54,792 bases of DNA from Verrucomicrobiales bacterium (GTDB taxonomy: Bacteria; Verrucomicrobiota; Verrucomicrobiia; Limisphaerales; UBA1100), in the NCBI GenBank assembly GCA_038145765.1, contig JAYQQG010000006.1, forward strand, positions 1 to 54,792, written 5' to 3'. Position 1 is the first letter of the stretch, and every line of letters starts with the position of its first letter. This document shows, piece by piece, positions 1-10,680 of the stretch. The translations under genes and the position numbers were made by a program. The notes under the pieces were generated by a model. It did no database searches, had not been told where the DNA came from, and saw only the letters and a list, made by a program, of their open reading frames with translations.

Positions 1-160
1 GTTTTGCGATTTTCCGAAATGGCCAGTTTAGCTGGACTGGATTGAGCGGAACCCATGACTCAGTTGCAATTTGCCACCACTTTTCCGGGATTGCAACTGG
101 TGAAAAAATAGGTTTTGCACCGTTTTGATCCATTTCGAGTAAATTGTCGGGATTCTAGGA

Positions 161-188
161 TTGCCCCACGCAGCTTGGTCCATATACT
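161..188 (+). promoter_or_regulatory. Putative sigma70 promoter of gltBD
   Basis: TTGCCC(161-166)-N16-TATACT(183-188), about 60 nt upstream of the ATG at 251. Confidence 0.45.
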
Positions 189-250
189 CCTCCCCCCACT
201 TTTGGCGGGCCGGATACCGGTTTCCGCCTTGGATTATTGGATTTTATACA

Positions 251-3200
251 ATGGGCAACAAATCACAGATTGGATTTCCCGCGAAGCAGGGTCTCTATGA
301 TCCGGCGTATGAGAAGGATAGTTGCGGCGTTGGTTTTGTGGCCAACTTGAAGGGTGAACCGACGCATCAGAACGTGCTCGATGCCCTCGAGATGTTGGGC
401 AACATGGAGCACCGCGGTGGTTGCGGATGCGAGCCGAATACCGGCGATGGCGCGGGGATTTTGGTCGGATTGCCCGAAGGCTTCCTGCGGACAGTCGCCA
501 AGGCGGACCTCGGCGTGGACCTGCCCGAGAAAGGGCGGTTCGGCGCGGGGCTGGTGTTTCTGCCCAAGGATGAAGCCGAGCGGCAAAAGTGCATCGCGGC
601 GGTGGACGCCATTATCGCCGAGCAGGGCCAGCAATGCCTTGGCTGGCGCGAGGTGCCAACGGAGACCGAGGCCGCCAACGTCGGCCCCGCGGCGCGCGCG
701 GCGGAGCCGTATATCATGCAGCTCTTCATCGGCGCGGCCGATGGGCTGGAGGGCGATGATTTTGAGCGGCAGCTTTATGTGATCCGCAAGCGAGCGAGCC
801 ATCAACTGCGTTTTGATGAATCGATGGAGGAGCGCCTGCTCTTTTACATCTGCAGTCTCTCGACCAAGGTGATGATCTACAAGGGCATGCTCAACACCGA
901 GCAGGTGCTCAAGTATTACACCGACCTGGCCCGCGACGATTTCGCCACGCACTTGGCGATGGTGCACTCGCGTTTCTCGACGAACACGTTCCCGAGCTGG
1001 GACCGCGCGCAGCCGTTCCGGTTCATGAGCCACAACGGCGAGATCAACACGCTGCGTGGTAACGTGAATGCCATGCGCTCGCGGCAGGGCACGTTGGAGA
1101 GCGATTTGCTCAGCGACGATCTGAAGAAGCTGTACCCGATCATGGAGCCGGAGTGTTCCGACTCAGGCAACTTCGACAACGCGCTGGAGTTTTTGCTGAT
1201 GAGCGGGCGCACGCTGCAGGAGGCCGTGCTGCTGATGGTCCCCGAGGCGTGGCAGAAGCACAAACACATGGCGCAGGCCAAGCGCGATTTTTACGAGTAC
1301 AACAGCTGCATCATGGAGCCGTGGGACGGCCCAGCTTCGATTGCGTTCACCGACGGCAAATACATCGGCGCGGTGCTGGACCGCAACGGGCTGCGCCCGA
1401 GCCGCTATTATGAAACGCACGATGACCGCGTGATCATGGCCAGTGAGGTGGGCACGATCCCGGTTGATCCGGCCAACGTGCGTTCCAAGGGCCGCCTGCA
1501 GCCGGGTCGCCTGTTCCTCGTGGATTTCGAGCAGGGCCGCATTGTGCCGGATGACGAGATTAAATCGGAGTTTGCCGCGCAACGCCCGTACGGTGAGTGG
1601 ATCAAGAACCAACGCATCGAGCTGGACGACATCGCTGCCGCCGGCGAAGCCGCCGGGCTGGACGAGGCCACGCTGCTGCAGCGTATGCAGGCGTTTGGGT
1701 TCACCACCGAGACGTTGCAATTCATGTTGCTGCCGCTCGTGCACGAAAAGCGCGATCCGCTCGGCTCGATGGGCAACGACGCCGCGCTCGCCTGTCTCAG
1801 CGACAAGCCGCGGATGATTTACGATTACTTCCGCCAACTCTTCGCGCAGGTGACCAACCCGGCGATCGATTCGATTCGCGAGGAGGTCATCATGTCGCTC
1901 GAGTGTTACATCGGGCCGGAGAAGAATCTGCTCGAGACCACCGAGGGCCACGCCCAGCGCTTGCGCATGCCGCACCCGATTTTGACCAACGAGGAACTCC
2001 ACGCGCTCAAGGGCATGGATTACCGTGGTTGGCGCTCGAAGGAGATCGACATCACTTTCCCGAAATCCGAAGGCGCCGCCGGCGTGCGTAAAACGATCGA
2101 TCGCATTTGCGAGGAAGCCGCGCAGGCAATCCAGGACGGCTACAGCCTTGCGATCCTCAGCGACCGCGCGGTGTCCGCCGACCGCGTGCCAGTGAGCACG
2201 CTGATGGCCACCGGCGCGGTGCATCATTATCTCGTGAAGAACGCCCTGCGAACGCAGATTGGTCTCGTGCTGGAAACCGGCGAAGCCCGCGAGGTGCATC
2301 ATCACTGTCTGCTCGTTGGCTACGGCGCGGACGCGATCAACCCGTACATGGCGTTTGAGGCATTGTGGAAGGCGCGGCGCGAAGGCCTTTGCAATGAAGA
2401 GGAATTTGTCGATGACGCTTCGCTCGTGGCCGCCTATCGCAAGGGCGTGGCCAAGGGCATGCTCAAGGTGATGGCCAAGATGGGCATCTCCACGTTGCAC
2501 TCTTATAAAGGTGCGCAAATTTTTGAGGCCATCGGCCTGCAGGATGAGGTGATCGACCTCAGCTTCGTTGGCACCGCCAGCCGCGTGCAGGGCGTGAACC
2601 TCGATGAGCTGGCCGAGGAGATGCTGCGCCGCCACGCGCTGGGTTTCCCGGCTCGCGAAGAGGACAAGACGGAGACGCTGCCCAACCCGGGCGAATTTCA
2701 CTGGCGCGCCGAGGGCGAGAAGCACATGTGGAATCCGAATTCCATCGCCGCGCTGCAGATGGCATCCCGCACGAACAATTTCGATTCGTACAAGCAATTC
2801 TCCGATCACATCAACAACGACGCCAAGGCGCGGTGCGCGCTGCGCGGGTTGATGGAATTCAAGGAGGGCGTCAATGGCGGTGCGATTCCGATTGAGGAAG
2901 TCGAGCCGGCCAGCGAGATCGTGAAGCGGTTCTGCACCGGCGCGATGAGCTTCGGCTCCATTTCCGCCGAGGCACACGAAGGCCTCGCGATTGCGATGAA
3001 CCGCCTCGGCGGCAAGAGCAACACCGGCGAAGGCGGCGAGGATCCGGAGCGGTTTAATCCGCTGCCCAACGGCGACTCCAAGCGCTCGGCCATCAAGCAG
3101 ATTGCTTCCGGCCGGTTCGGCGTGACGATCTGGTACCTCACCAATGCGGATGAGCTGCAGATCAAAATTTCCCAGGGCGCCAAGCCCGGCGAGGGCGGTG

Positions 3201-4819
3201 AGCTGCCCGGGCGCAAGGTGGATGAAACTATCGCGCGCATTCGGCATAGCACGCCGGGCGTGGGTCTCATCAGTCCGCCGCCGCACCACGACATTTATTC
3301 GATTGAGGATCTGGCACAGCTGATCCATGACCTTAAGAACGCCAACCGGGCCTCGCGCGTGAGTGTGAAGCTCGTGTCCGAAATGGGCGTGGGCACCATT
3401 GCCGCGGGCGTGACCAAGGCCAAGGCGGATCACATTTTGATCTCAGGCGAAACCGGCGGCACGGGCGCTTCGCCGCTGACCAGCATCAAGCACGCCGGTC
3501 TGCCGTGGGAGTTGGGCATTGCCGAGACGCATCAGACGCTGGTGCTCAACGATCTGCGCAGCCGCGTGGTATTGCAGACTGATGGCGGCCTCAAGACCGG
3601 CCGCGACGTGGTGATCGCTGCGTTGCTCGGTGCCGAGGAGATGGGTTTCTCCACCGCGCCGCTCATAACGATGGGTTGCATCATGATGCGCAAGTGCCAC
3701 CTAAACACCTGCCCGGTTGGCATCGCCACGCAAAACAAGGAGCTGCGCAAGAAGTTTAACGGCTCACCTGATTACGTGGTGAATTACCTGTTCATGGTGG
3801 CCGAGGAGGCGCGGCAGTTGATGGCGCAGCTGGGCTTCCGCACGATCAACGAAATGGTTGGCCGCGTGGACGCGCTCGAGATGCAAAAGGCCATCGTTCA
3901 CTGGAAGGCCGACGGCATCGACCTCAGTTCTATTCTCACGCCGATCGAGAAACCGCATGCTGATGTGGGCACTTACTGCACGCAATCACAGGATCACGGC
4001 CTCGAGCTGGCGCTGGACATGAAGCTGCTCGAGCTGGCCAAGCCGGCGCTTGAGAAGGGTGAGGCGGTTGACATCGACCTGCCGATCATCAACACCGACC
4101 GCACGGTCGGCACCATTCTCAGCAACGAATTGGCTAAGGCGCACGGCGCAGAGCTGCTGCCGGAAGACACGGTGAAGATCAAGTTTAACGGCTCGGCCGG
4201 CCAAAGCCTCGGCGCGTTCCTGGCCAAGGGAGTGAGCATCGAGCTGGAAGGCGATGCGAACGATTACGTCGGCAAGGGGTTGTCCGGCGGCAAGTTGACG
4301 ATTTATCCGCCCAAGGTTTCGACCTTTGCGCCGGAGGAAAATATCCTCGTTGGCAATGTCTGCCTGTACGGTGCCACCGGCGGCAAAGCGTTCTTCCGCG
4401 GTCGCGCGGCGGAGCGGTTCTGCGTGCGCAACAGCGGCGCGAGCGCGGTCATCGAGGGCGTGGGCGATCACGGCTGCGAATACATGACCGGCGGTCGCGC
4501 GGTGATTCTTGGCCCCACCGGCCGCAATTTCGCCGCCGGCATGAGCGGGGGCGTGGCGTATATTTGGGATCCGGATAATGCGTTCCCGGCCAATTGTAAT
4601 ATGGAGATGGTGGAACTCGAGAAGGTCGAGGACGCCGAGGATATTGCCGAGTTGCAGGGCCTCATTGAGGAACACGCCGAGCGTACCGGCTCCACCGTGG
4701 CTGCGGAGGTGCTGGACAATTGGAGCACCACGCTGGGGCAATTCGTGAAAGTGATGCCCACCGATTACAAGCGCGTGTTGCTCGAGCGCAAACAAGCCGA
4801 GAAGGAGCTGGTCGCCTAG
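251..4819 (+). CDS. gltB: Glutamate synthase large subunit
   Basis: GLYDP..E.DSCGVGF N-terminal amidotransferase (catalytic Cys), [27 protein letters not shown] domain, [12 protein letters not shown] Fe-S loop, GXGXG C-terminal beta-helix; start taken at ATG 251. Confidence 0.98.
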   Translation: MGNKSQIGFPAKQGLYDPAYEKDSCGVGFVANLKGEPTHQNVLDALEMLGNMEHRGGCGCEPNTGDGAGILVGLPEGFLRTVAKADLGVDLPEKGRFGAGLVFLPKDEAERQKCIAAVDAIIAEQGQQCLGWREVPTETEAANVGPAARAAEPYIMQLFIGAADGLEGDDFERQLYVIRKRASHQLRFDESMEERLLFYICSLSTKVMIYKGMLNTEQVLKYYTDLARDDFATHLAMVHSRFSTNTFPSWDRAQPFRFMSHNGEINTLRGNVNAMRSRQGTLESDLLSDDLKKLYPIMEPECSDSGNFDNALEFLLMSGRTLQEAVLLMVPEAWQKHKHMAQAKRDFYEYNSCIMEPWDGPASIAFTDGKYIGAVLDRNGLRPSRYYETHDDRVIMASEVGTIPVDPANVRSKGRLQPGRLFLVDFEQGRIVPDDEIKSEFAAQRPYGEWIKNQRIELDDIAAAGEAAGLDEATLLQRMQAFGFTTETLQFMLLPLVHEKRDPLGSMGNDAALACLSDKPRMIYDYFRQLFAQVTNPAIDSIREEVIMSLECYIGPEKNLLETTEGHAQRLRMPHPILTNEELHALKGMDYRGWRSKEIDITFPKSEGAAGVRKTIDRICEEAAQAIQDGYSLAILSDRAVSADRVPVSTLMATGAVHHYLVKNALRTQIGLVLETGEAREVHHHCLLVGYGADAINPYMAFEALWKARREGLCNEEEFVDDASLVAAYRKGVAKGMLKVMAKMGISTLHSYKGAQIFEAIGLQDEVIDLSFVGTASRVQGVNLDELAEEMLRRHALGFPAREEDKTETLPNPGEFHWRAEGEKHMWNPNSIAALQMASRTNNFDSYKQFSDHINNDAKARCALRGLMEFKEGVNGGAIPIEEVEPASEIVKRFCTGAMSFGSISAEAHEGLAIAMNRLGGKSNTGEGGEDPERFNPLPNGDSKRSAIKQIASGRFGVTIWYLTNADELQIKISQGAKPGEGGELPGRKVDETIARIRHSTPGVGLISPPPHHDIYSIEDLAQLIHDLKNANRASRVSVKLVSEMGVGTIAAGVTKAKADHILISGETGGTGASPLTSIKHAGLPWELGIAETHQTLVLNDLRSRVVLQTDGGLKTGRDVVIAALLGAEEMGFSTAPLITMGCIMMRKCHLNTCPVGIATQNKELRKKFNGSPDYVVNYLFMVAEEARQLMAQLGFRTINEMVGRVDALEMQKAIVHWKADGIDLSSILTPIEKPHADVGTYCTQSQDHGLELALDMKLLELAKPALEKGEAVDIDLPIINTDRTVGTILSNELAKAHGAELLPEDTVKIKFNGSAGQSLGAFLAKGVSIELEGDANDYVGKGLSGGKLTIYPPKVSTFAPEENILVGNVCLYGATGGKAFFRGRAAERFCVRNSGASAVIEGVGDHGCEYMTGGRAVILGPTGRNFAAGMSGGVAYIWDPDNAFPANCNMEMVELEKVEDAEDIAELQGLIEEHAERTGSTVAAEVLDNWSTTLGQFVKVMPTDYKRVLLERKQAEKELVA

Positions 4820-4846
4820 CGTTGCCGGCCGAAAGGATTTTTCAAG

Positions 4847-6430
4847 ATGGGTAAACCAACTGGATTTATGGAGTTTGAGCGCGAGGCGGTGCCGTATCGC
4901 GATCCGCTGGAGCGCTTAAACGATTACGATGAGATCAACACCACACCCGAGGAGGGCCACCTGCAGACGCAGGGCGCGCGCTGCATGGATTGCGGCGTGC
5001 CGTTTTGCCAATCCGGCAACGGCTGCCCGATCGACAACCTCATTCCCGAGTGGAACCATCTCGTTTATCAAAAGCGCTGGAAAGAGGCGATCGATCGCCT
5101 GCACAAGACGAACAATTTCCCGGAGTTCACCGGCCGCGTGTGCCCGGCGCCGTGCGAAGGCTCGTGCGTGCTCGGCATCACCAATCCGCCGGTCACCATC
5201 AAGAACATCGAGAACACCATCATCAACCGCGCCTTTGACGAGGGCTGGGTGACCGCCAAGCCGCCCGCCGAGCGCACCGGTAAAAAGATCGCCATCGTCG
5301 GCTCCGGCCCCGCCGGTTTGGCCGCTGCCGATCAGCTCAACAAGGTGGGCCACTCGGTGACGGTTTACGAACGCGCCGATCGCATTGGCGGCCTGTTGAT
5401 GTACGGCATCCCGAACATGAAGTTGGACAAGGATGTTGTCGAACGCCGGATCAATTTGATGCGCGAGGAAGGAGTGGAGTTTGTCACCTGCGCGCACGTC
5501 GGCAAAAAGGAAGACTTCGCCTCCGGCCACATGACGCAGATCATGGAGGAACGCGGCTGCGAGATGCAGTACATCGATCCTAACGATTTGCAGAAGGATT
5601 TCGACGCCATCCTGATGGCCACCGGCGCAACCAAGCCGTTTGATCCCACCGGCCGCAATCCCGGCCGCGACCTCAAGGGCATCCATTTCGCGATGGATTT
5701 CCTCACGCGCAACACCAAGAGCCTGCTCGATTCCAATCTCGAGGACGGCGAATACCTCACCGCCAAGGGCAAGCACGTGATCGTGATCGGCGGCGGCGAC
5801 ACCGGCGCGGACTGCATCGGCACCTCGTTGCGGCACGGCTGCACGGACGTCGTCAACTTTGAGCTGCTCGACCAGCCGCCCGCCGAGCGCGCGGACAATA
5901 ATCCCTGGCCGCAATGGCCGCGCATCTATCGCCTCGACTACTCGCATGAGGAGAACAAGGCCAAGAACGGCAACGACCCGCGCGCGTACCACATTCTCGC
6001 CAAGGAATTTGTCGACGACGGCAACGGCCACATCAAGGGCGTGAAGACCGTCGAGGTCGATTGGTCCAAACCGGTCGAGGGCGGCGCGCCATTCAGCGAG
6101 GTGGAAGGCTCCGAAAAGGAATGGCCGGCCGACCTCGTGCTGCTCGCCACCGGTTTCGTCGGCCCCGAGCTGGAGGTCGGCGAAATGCTCGGGCTCGAGA
6201 CGCAAAACCCCCGCGGCAATTGGCAGACCTTTATCGGCGAGCACGGCGAATTCACCACCAACGTGGAGGGCGTGTTCGTCGCCGGCGACTGTCGCCGCGG
6301 CCAATCCCTCGTCGTCTGGGCCATCAACGAAGGCCGCGGCGCCGCCCGCGCCATCGACCAGTACCTCATGGGCAGCAGCCTGCTGCCTGCCCCGGGTGTC
6401 ACGCAGGGCAGCGCGCTCGCCGTTGCCTGA
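4847..6430 (+). CDS. gltD: Glutamate synthase small subunit (NADPH)
   Basis: MGKPTGF start, [48 protein letters not shown]; directly follows gltB. Confidence 0.97.
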   Translation: MGKPTGFMEFEREAVPYRDPLERLNDYDEINTTPEEGHLQTQGARCMDCGVPFCQSGNGCPIDNLIPEWNHLVYQKRWKEAIDRLHKTNNFPEFTGRVCPAPCEGSCVLGITNPPVTIKNIENTIINRAFDEGWVTAKPPAERTGKKIAIVGSGPAGLAAADQLNKVGHSVTVYERADRIGGLLMYGIPNMKLDKDVVERRINLMREEGVEFVTCAHVGKKEDFASGHMTQIMEERGCEMQYIDPNDLQKDFDAILMATGATKPFDPTGRNPGRDLKGIHFAMDFLTRNTKSLLDSNLEDGEYLTAKGKHVIVIGGGDTGADCIGTSLRHGCTDVVNFELLDQPPAERADNNPWPQWPRIYRLDYSHEENKAKNGNDPRAYHILAKEFVDDGNGHIKGVKTVEVDWSKPVEGGAPFSEVEGSEKEWPADLVLLATGFVGPELEVGEMLGLETQNPRGNWQTFIGEHGEFTTNVEGVFVAGDCRRGQSLVVWAINEGRGAARAIDQYLMGSSLLPAPGVTQGSALAVA

Positions 6431-6483
6431 GCATTGGCGGATGCCCCGGTTCCATGTTAGGTTGAGCTCCAACCCCGCACGTC

Positions 6484-6888
6484 ATGGAAATTGCAAAACA
6501 ACTGGCGGTGTTTCTCGATAACCGCCCGGGCACACTCGCGCGCGTGTGTGAAGCCTTTGCCGAAAAAGGCATCAACATTCATGCCCTCACCACCAGCGAC
6601 ACCGTGGACCACAGCGTGGTGCGCATGGTTGTTGATGACCCGCAGTCGGCCATCTGGTTGCTCGAGGAAAATGGCGGCATGGTAGTGGAGGATGAAGTGT
6701 TGCTCATCGATAATGCCAATAAACCCGGCGCGTTGGCGGAACTCGCGCGCGCCCTCGGCAAGGCTGGCGTGAACATCGAGTACCTCTACTGCGCCACCGC
6801 GCCCAAATCGCGCAAAGGCCTGCTCGTGCTGCGGGTGGACGACGCTCCCAAGGCGCTCGATACGTTGAAGGAGTTGCCTCTCGATTAA
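6484..6888 (+). CDS. Tandem ACT-domain (amino-acid-binding) protein
   Basis: Two ACT repeats (DNRPGTLARV; NKPGALAEL..L...GVNIEYLY); stop overlaps the mnmA start (TAATG). Confidence 0.85.
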   Translation: MEIAKQLAVFLDNRPGTLARVCEAFAEKGINIHALTTSDTVDHSVVRMVVDDPQSAIWLLEENGGMVVEDEVLLIDNANKPGALAELARALGKAGVNIEYLYCATAPKSRKGLLVLRVDDAPKALDTLKELPLD

Positions 6889-7979
6889 TGGAAACCGCCA
6901 CCCCCCAAAAAACGCGCGTCCTGTGTGGCATGAGTGGTGGAGTGGATTCCTCCGCAACGGCAGCGTTGTTGTTGGATCAGGGCTATGAGGTGGTCGGCGT
7001 TACGCTCAAACTCTGGCCGCAGGACTGCGTTTCCCGCGCCGAAGACAAATGCTGCGGACCGCAGGCCGTCATGGATGCCCGCTCCGTTTGCCACAACCTC
7101 GGCATCCGCTATTACCTCATCGACGAGGCGGAGGATTTTCAGAAGCACGTCATCCAGTATTTTGCCGACGAATACAAAGCCGGCCGCACGCCCAACCCCT
7201 GTGTGATGTGCAATGAGCACCTCAAGTTCGGCCGACTCATCGAGCGTGCCGATCAACTCGGCGCCGATAAGATCGCCACCGGCCATTTTGCCCGCGTTGA
7301 GCAAAACTCCGAAACCGGCCGCTATCACCTCCTACGTGGACGAGACGAGCGAAAGGATCAGACCTATTTCCTGTTTTCACTACGCCAGGATCAACTGTCG
7401 CGCGCGATGTTTCCGCTCGGTGAAAAAACCAAGGATGACACCCGCGACGTCGCCCGCCATTGTAATCTAAAAACCGCCGACAAGGAGGAAAGCATGGAAA
7501 TCTGCTTCGTCCCCGACAACGACTACGGCGGCTTCCTGCAAAAAGCCGGCCTCGCCGAAAAGCATCAGGGCGAAATCGTCGACCTCAACGGTCGCGTGCT
7601 CGGTCACCATGACGGCATCGAGTTTTACACCATCGGCCAACGCAAAGGCCTCGGCATCAGCGCGCCAAACCCACTCTACGTTCTCGAACTCAACGCCGAG
7701 GAAAACCGCGTCGTCGTCGGTCCTGTGGAAAACCTTGAGCAGGACACCTTCACCGTGGAGCGGTGTAACTGGATTCCTTTCGCCGATCTTACTGAGCCCA
7801 TCGAGGCCACCACACGCATTCGCTACAACCACCCCGGCACCCCGGCCACCATCGAGCCCGGCGAAAACGGCACCGCCACCGTCCGCCTCCACATCCCCCA
7901 ACGCGCCATCGCCCCCGGCCAAGCCTGTGTGTTTTATCAGGAAGACCTCGTCCTCGGCGGCGGCTGGATTGCACGGTAG
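6888..7979 (+). CDS. mnmA: tRNA-specific 2-thiouridylase
   Basis: SGGVDS PP-loop, TPNPCVMCN, ATGHFAR, KDQTYFL, EICF, TIGQRKG, PGQACV. Confidence 0.97.
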   Translation: METATPQKTRVLCGMSGGVDSSATAALLLDQGYEVVGVTLKLWPQDCVSRAEDKCCGPQAVMDARSVCHNLGIRYYLIDEAEDFQKHVIQYFADEYKAGRTPNPCVMCNEHLKFGRLIERADQLGADKIATGHFARVEQNSETGRYHLLRGRDERKDQTYFLFSLRQDQLSRAMFPLGEKTKDDTRDVARHCNLKTADKEESMEICFVPDNDYGGFLQKAGLAEKHQGEIVDLNGRVLGHHDGIEFYTIGQRKGLGISAPNPLYVLELNAEENRVVVGPVENLEQDTFTVERCNWIPFADLTEPIEATTRIRYNHPGTPATIEPGENGTATVRLHIPQRAIAPGQACVFYQEDLVLGGGWIAR

Positions 7980-7980
7980 C

Positions 7981-8046
7981 GGGAGGGACGAGTTCCACCT
8001 CGTCCCTTATAAATTCAATTTGGGGCAAGGTGGAACTTGCCCCTCC
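7981..8046. repeat. REP-like inverted doublet (GGAG-type), copy 1
   Basis: GGGACGAG-TTCCAC-CTCGTCCC and inverted GGGGCAAG-GTGGAA-CTTGCCCC-TCC between convergent genes; second copy at 49272-49348. Confidence 0.8.
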
Positions 8047-8048
8047 TG

Positions 8049-8699
8049 TCAACGTTTTCGGTTGTACGAATCCAAGGAATACTTCATGGCCGCCAACTCT
8101 TCTGAACGCGCTTGAGGTGTTTCATCAAGGATTGCGCAATCGTCCGCAAGAGCATCCATCCAATCCTGATGCGGCCAATCGCCAAGCGGTTGCACGGAAC
8201 CTTGGATCAACAACCCAAACCGGTTTCGGCGCTGGGCGGCACCCGCGATCTTTTTGACGTTCCAAAGCAGGTCATGCAATTCGTGTCCCTCAAAACATTC
8301 GCCCGGCTTGGGGCGGTGGCAGCAGTCAGCCAGCTCTGCTTCGATTCCAATTTTCTGAAAGGCCGTTTTCAAAAGCGCATGCGTGCGGCGGTAGCTTTCG
8401 GCAGCGGGCAGGGCGGTCCATTCGTGGCCGGGCGGGAAGATCAGGCTGTAAGTCCAATCACCATCATGAGGCACCAAGCCACCGCCGGTGCAACGGCGGA
8501 TCAACGGACGCAACGCGGTCGCGGCTTCGATGTCTGTGATCTTTTGCGAATAGCCAAAGGTGGCACAGGGCTCGGTCCAATCATAAAAACGAAGAAGGGG
8601 ATAGCCGATGTCGGTGATGTTCTCGAGGAGCGCCTCGTCGAGGGCCATGTTGTAGGCGGGGCGGTTGGCCCCGCTCTCTAGTAACAGCCAGTCCATCAT
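8049..8699 (-). CDS. Lipoate-protein ligase family protein (LipM-like octanoyltransferase)
   Basis: NMALDEALL, LRFYDW...TFGYSQ, RR.TGGG.VPH, ECF, KKIAGAAQRR; ATG at 8699 overlaps the nth stop (ATGA). Confidence 0.85.
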   Translation of the reverse strand: MMDWLLLESGANRPAYNMALDEALLENITDIGYPLLRFYDWTEPCATFGYSQKITDIEAATALRPLIRRCTGGGLVPHDGDWTYSLIFPPGHEWTALPAAESYRRTHALLKTAFQKIGIEAELADCCHRPKPGECFEGHELHDLLWNVKKIAGAAQRRNRFGLLIQGSVQPLGDWPHQDWMDALADDCAILDETPQARSEELAAMKYSLDSYNRKR

Positions 8700-9343
8700 G
8701 CGGCGGAGGGGCACAGGTGACGGATTTCGCAGGCGGCGCAGTCCGGCTTGCGGGCATCGCAGCGACGGCGTCCATGCCAGATGATCCAGTGGCTGAACAT
8801 CGTCCACTGTTCGTGGGGTACGAGCTTCACCAAATCTTTTTCGATTTTCTCGGGCGTCTTGGCCGAGGATATGCGCAGGCGATCGCATAGCCGCGCCACA
8901 TGCGTATCCACCACCACGCCTTCGTTAATGCCAAAGGCGTTGCCCAAGATGACGTTCGCCGTCTTGCGCCCGACGCCGGCGAGGGCGACCAGCTCGGGCA
9001 TGGTTTGCGGCACTTGGCCTTTGTGATTATCGACGAGCGCGCGGCAGGCGTTTTGGATGCTTTTGGCTTTATTGCGAAACAGGCCGATGCGCCGGATGTC
9101 ATTTTGCAATTCCTCCAACGGCACGGCGGTGTAGTCGTCGGCTTTGCGATGTTTTTTGAACAATTCAGCCGTGACGATGTTCACCTGCTTATCGGTGCAT
9201 TGCGCGGAGAGGATGGTGGCCACCATCAATTCCAGCGGATTGCGATAGTTCAGTTCGCAATGGGCATCGGGATACGTGCGCTGTAAACCCGAAATGATTT
9301 CGCCGAGTCGTTCGCGTTTGGCGGTTAGGGATTCGCGCGGCAT
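8696..9343 (-). CDS. nth: Endonuclease III
   Basis: LSAQCTD, HhH LAGVGRKTANV, VDTHV, C-x6-C-x2-C-x5-C Fe-S loop. Confidence 0.97.
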   Translation of the reverse strand: MPRESLTAKRERLGEIISGLQRTYPDAHCELNYRNPLELMVATILSAQCTDKQVNIVTAELFKKHRKADDYTAVPLEELQNDIRRIGLFRNKAKSIQNACRALVDNHKGQVPQTMPELVALAGVGRKTANVILGNAFGINEGVVVDTHVARLCDRLRISSAKTPEKIEKDLVKLVPHEQWTMFSHWIIWHGRRRCDARKPDCAACEIRHLCPSAA

Positions 9344-9353
9344 TTTTGAACAT

Positions 9354-9412
9354 GGATGGGCAGGATGTTCAGGATTTATTTTTGAAAAATATCCTGAACA
9401 TCATGAGTATCC
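9354..9412. repeat. Intergenic inverted repeat built from CAGGAT-type units
   Basis: GATGTTCAGGAT(9364-9375)...ATCCTGAACATC(9391-9402) with imperfect outer extension. Confidence 0.55.
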
Positions 9413-9415
9413 CGG

Positions 9416-10639
9416 TCAGACCATTTCCGGTTCCTCAATGGTGTCCGGCGGGGAATGCAGCGGGGTGCCGTCGGGGGCTTCGGGATACTCGGACACCTTG
9501 CCTTCGAAGTTGCGGATGACGACGCGGTCGGCGTTGTGGCTGAGCACGTAGTTGGGCGCGACGGGCACTTTGCCGCCGCCTCCGGGGGCATCAATCACAT
9601 ACTGCGGCACGGCATAACCGGTGGTGTGGCCGCGCAGTTGCTCCATGATCTCCAAGCCGCGCCGCACGCTGGTGCGCAGGTGGGCGCTGCCGTTGATGAG
9701 GTCGCATTGGTAAATATAAAGCGGCCGCACGCGGCACATTAGCAGCTTTTGCACAAGCGCCTTCATCACGATGGGATCGTCATTTACGCCTTTTAGCAAG
9801 ACTGACTGGTTGCCGAGCGGAATGCCGGCATCGGCCAGTCGCGCCAACCCCTCGCGCACCTCGGTGGTGAGTTCGCGCGGATGATTGGCGTGCACGCTGA
9901 TGAAGAGCGGATGAAATTCCTTGAGCATCGCGCACAGCTCGGGCGTGATGCGCTGCGGGAGAAAGATCGGGATGCGGCTGCCAATGCGGATGAATTCCAC
10001 GTGCGGAATGGAGCGCAGTTCAGTCAGCAGATGCCGCAGTTTGTCGTCGCTGAGCAATAGCGCATCGCCACCGGAGAGCAGCACATCGCGCACGGCGGGC
10101 GTGCGGCGGATATAATCGATCTGCTCCTTGAAATTCGGCCGGAAATCATAACCCAGCGCGTTGCTCACCAGCCGCGATCGGGTGCAATAGCGGCAATAAG
10201 CGGCGCAGCGGTCGGTCACCAAAAACAAGACGCGATCCGGATAGCGATGCACCAGGCCCGGCACCGGTGAATGGCTGTCCTCACCACAGGGGTCGCCCAT
10301 TTCCCACGGGGCGGTTTCCGTCTCCTGAATCTGCGGCAACATCTGCCGGCGAATCGGGCAGTCCGGATCATCGGCATCGATGAGGTTGAAAAAGTGCGGC
10401 GTGATGGCCATCGCCAGCTTGGTATCAGCCAGACGCGCCCCTTCGATTTCGGATGAAGTCAGCTCCGGAATCCGGCTCTGCAGCCCTTCCAGTGAACTCA
10501 CCCGATTCTTGAGCTGCCAACGCCAATCATCCCAATCGGCCGCCGAGACAGCCGCCCACGACCCACGACCTGAAGGTTGGAATTCCTTCAGCTGTAGTAG
10601 TTGCGCTTGGTGATCCAGCTCCGATTTGGGGGACGACAT
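9416..10639 (-). CDS. KamA-family radical SAM/PLP enzyme (lysine 2,3-aminomutase-like)
   Basis: HRYPDRV, CAAYCRYC, SGGD, NQSVLL.GVND, DAPGGGGK PLP-lysine motif; start at ATG 10639. Confidence 0.92.
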   Translation of the reverse strand: MSSPKSELDHQAQLLQLKEFQPSGRGSWAAVSAADWDDWRWQLKNRVSSLEGLQSRIPELTSSEIEGARLADTKLAMAITPHFFNLIDADDPDCPIRRQMLPQIQETETAPWEMGDPCGEDSHSPVPGLVHRYPDRVLFLVTDRCAAYCRYCTRSRLVSNALGYDFRPNFKEQIDYIRRTPAVRDVLLSGGDALLLSDDKLRHLLTELRSIPHVEFIRIGSRIPIFLPQRITPELCAMLKEFHPLFISVHANHPRELTTEVREGLARLADAGIPLGNQSVLLKGVNDDPIVMKALVQKLLMCRVRPLYIYQCDLINGSAHLRTSVRRGLEIMEQLRGHTTGYAVPQYVIDAPGGGGKVPVAPNYVLSHNADRVVIRNFEGKVSEYPEAPDGTPLHSPPDTIEEPEMV

Positions 10640-10646
10640 GGCCGGT

Positions 10647-10675
10647 AAATTAAGAAAGCGGGAAGGGCGTGTCAA
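10647..10675 (-). promoter_or_regulatory. Putative leaderless sigma70 promoter of the kamA-like gene
   Basis: TTGACA-N17-TAATTT, then 7 nt to ATG, no SD. Confidence 0.6.
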
Positions 10676-10680
10676 CCGGG

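Noticed and set aside
161-250. ORF-track N-terminal extensions (gltB from 161; also the lipoate ligase, kamA, parB, D-2-hydroxyacid dehydrogenase to 26101, eboC, purU, xth, dUTPase)
   Set aside because: The extensions run through promoters or neighbouring genes; family homology and stop/start overlaps begin at the downstream starts used
1163-3433. 756-aa antisense ORF over gltB, and similar long shadow ORFs (4916-6472, 22059-22505, 24386-25480, 30409-31464, 53588-54613)
   Set aside because: They overlap well-supported genes on the opposite strand, carry no motifs, and are expected from high-GC codon bias
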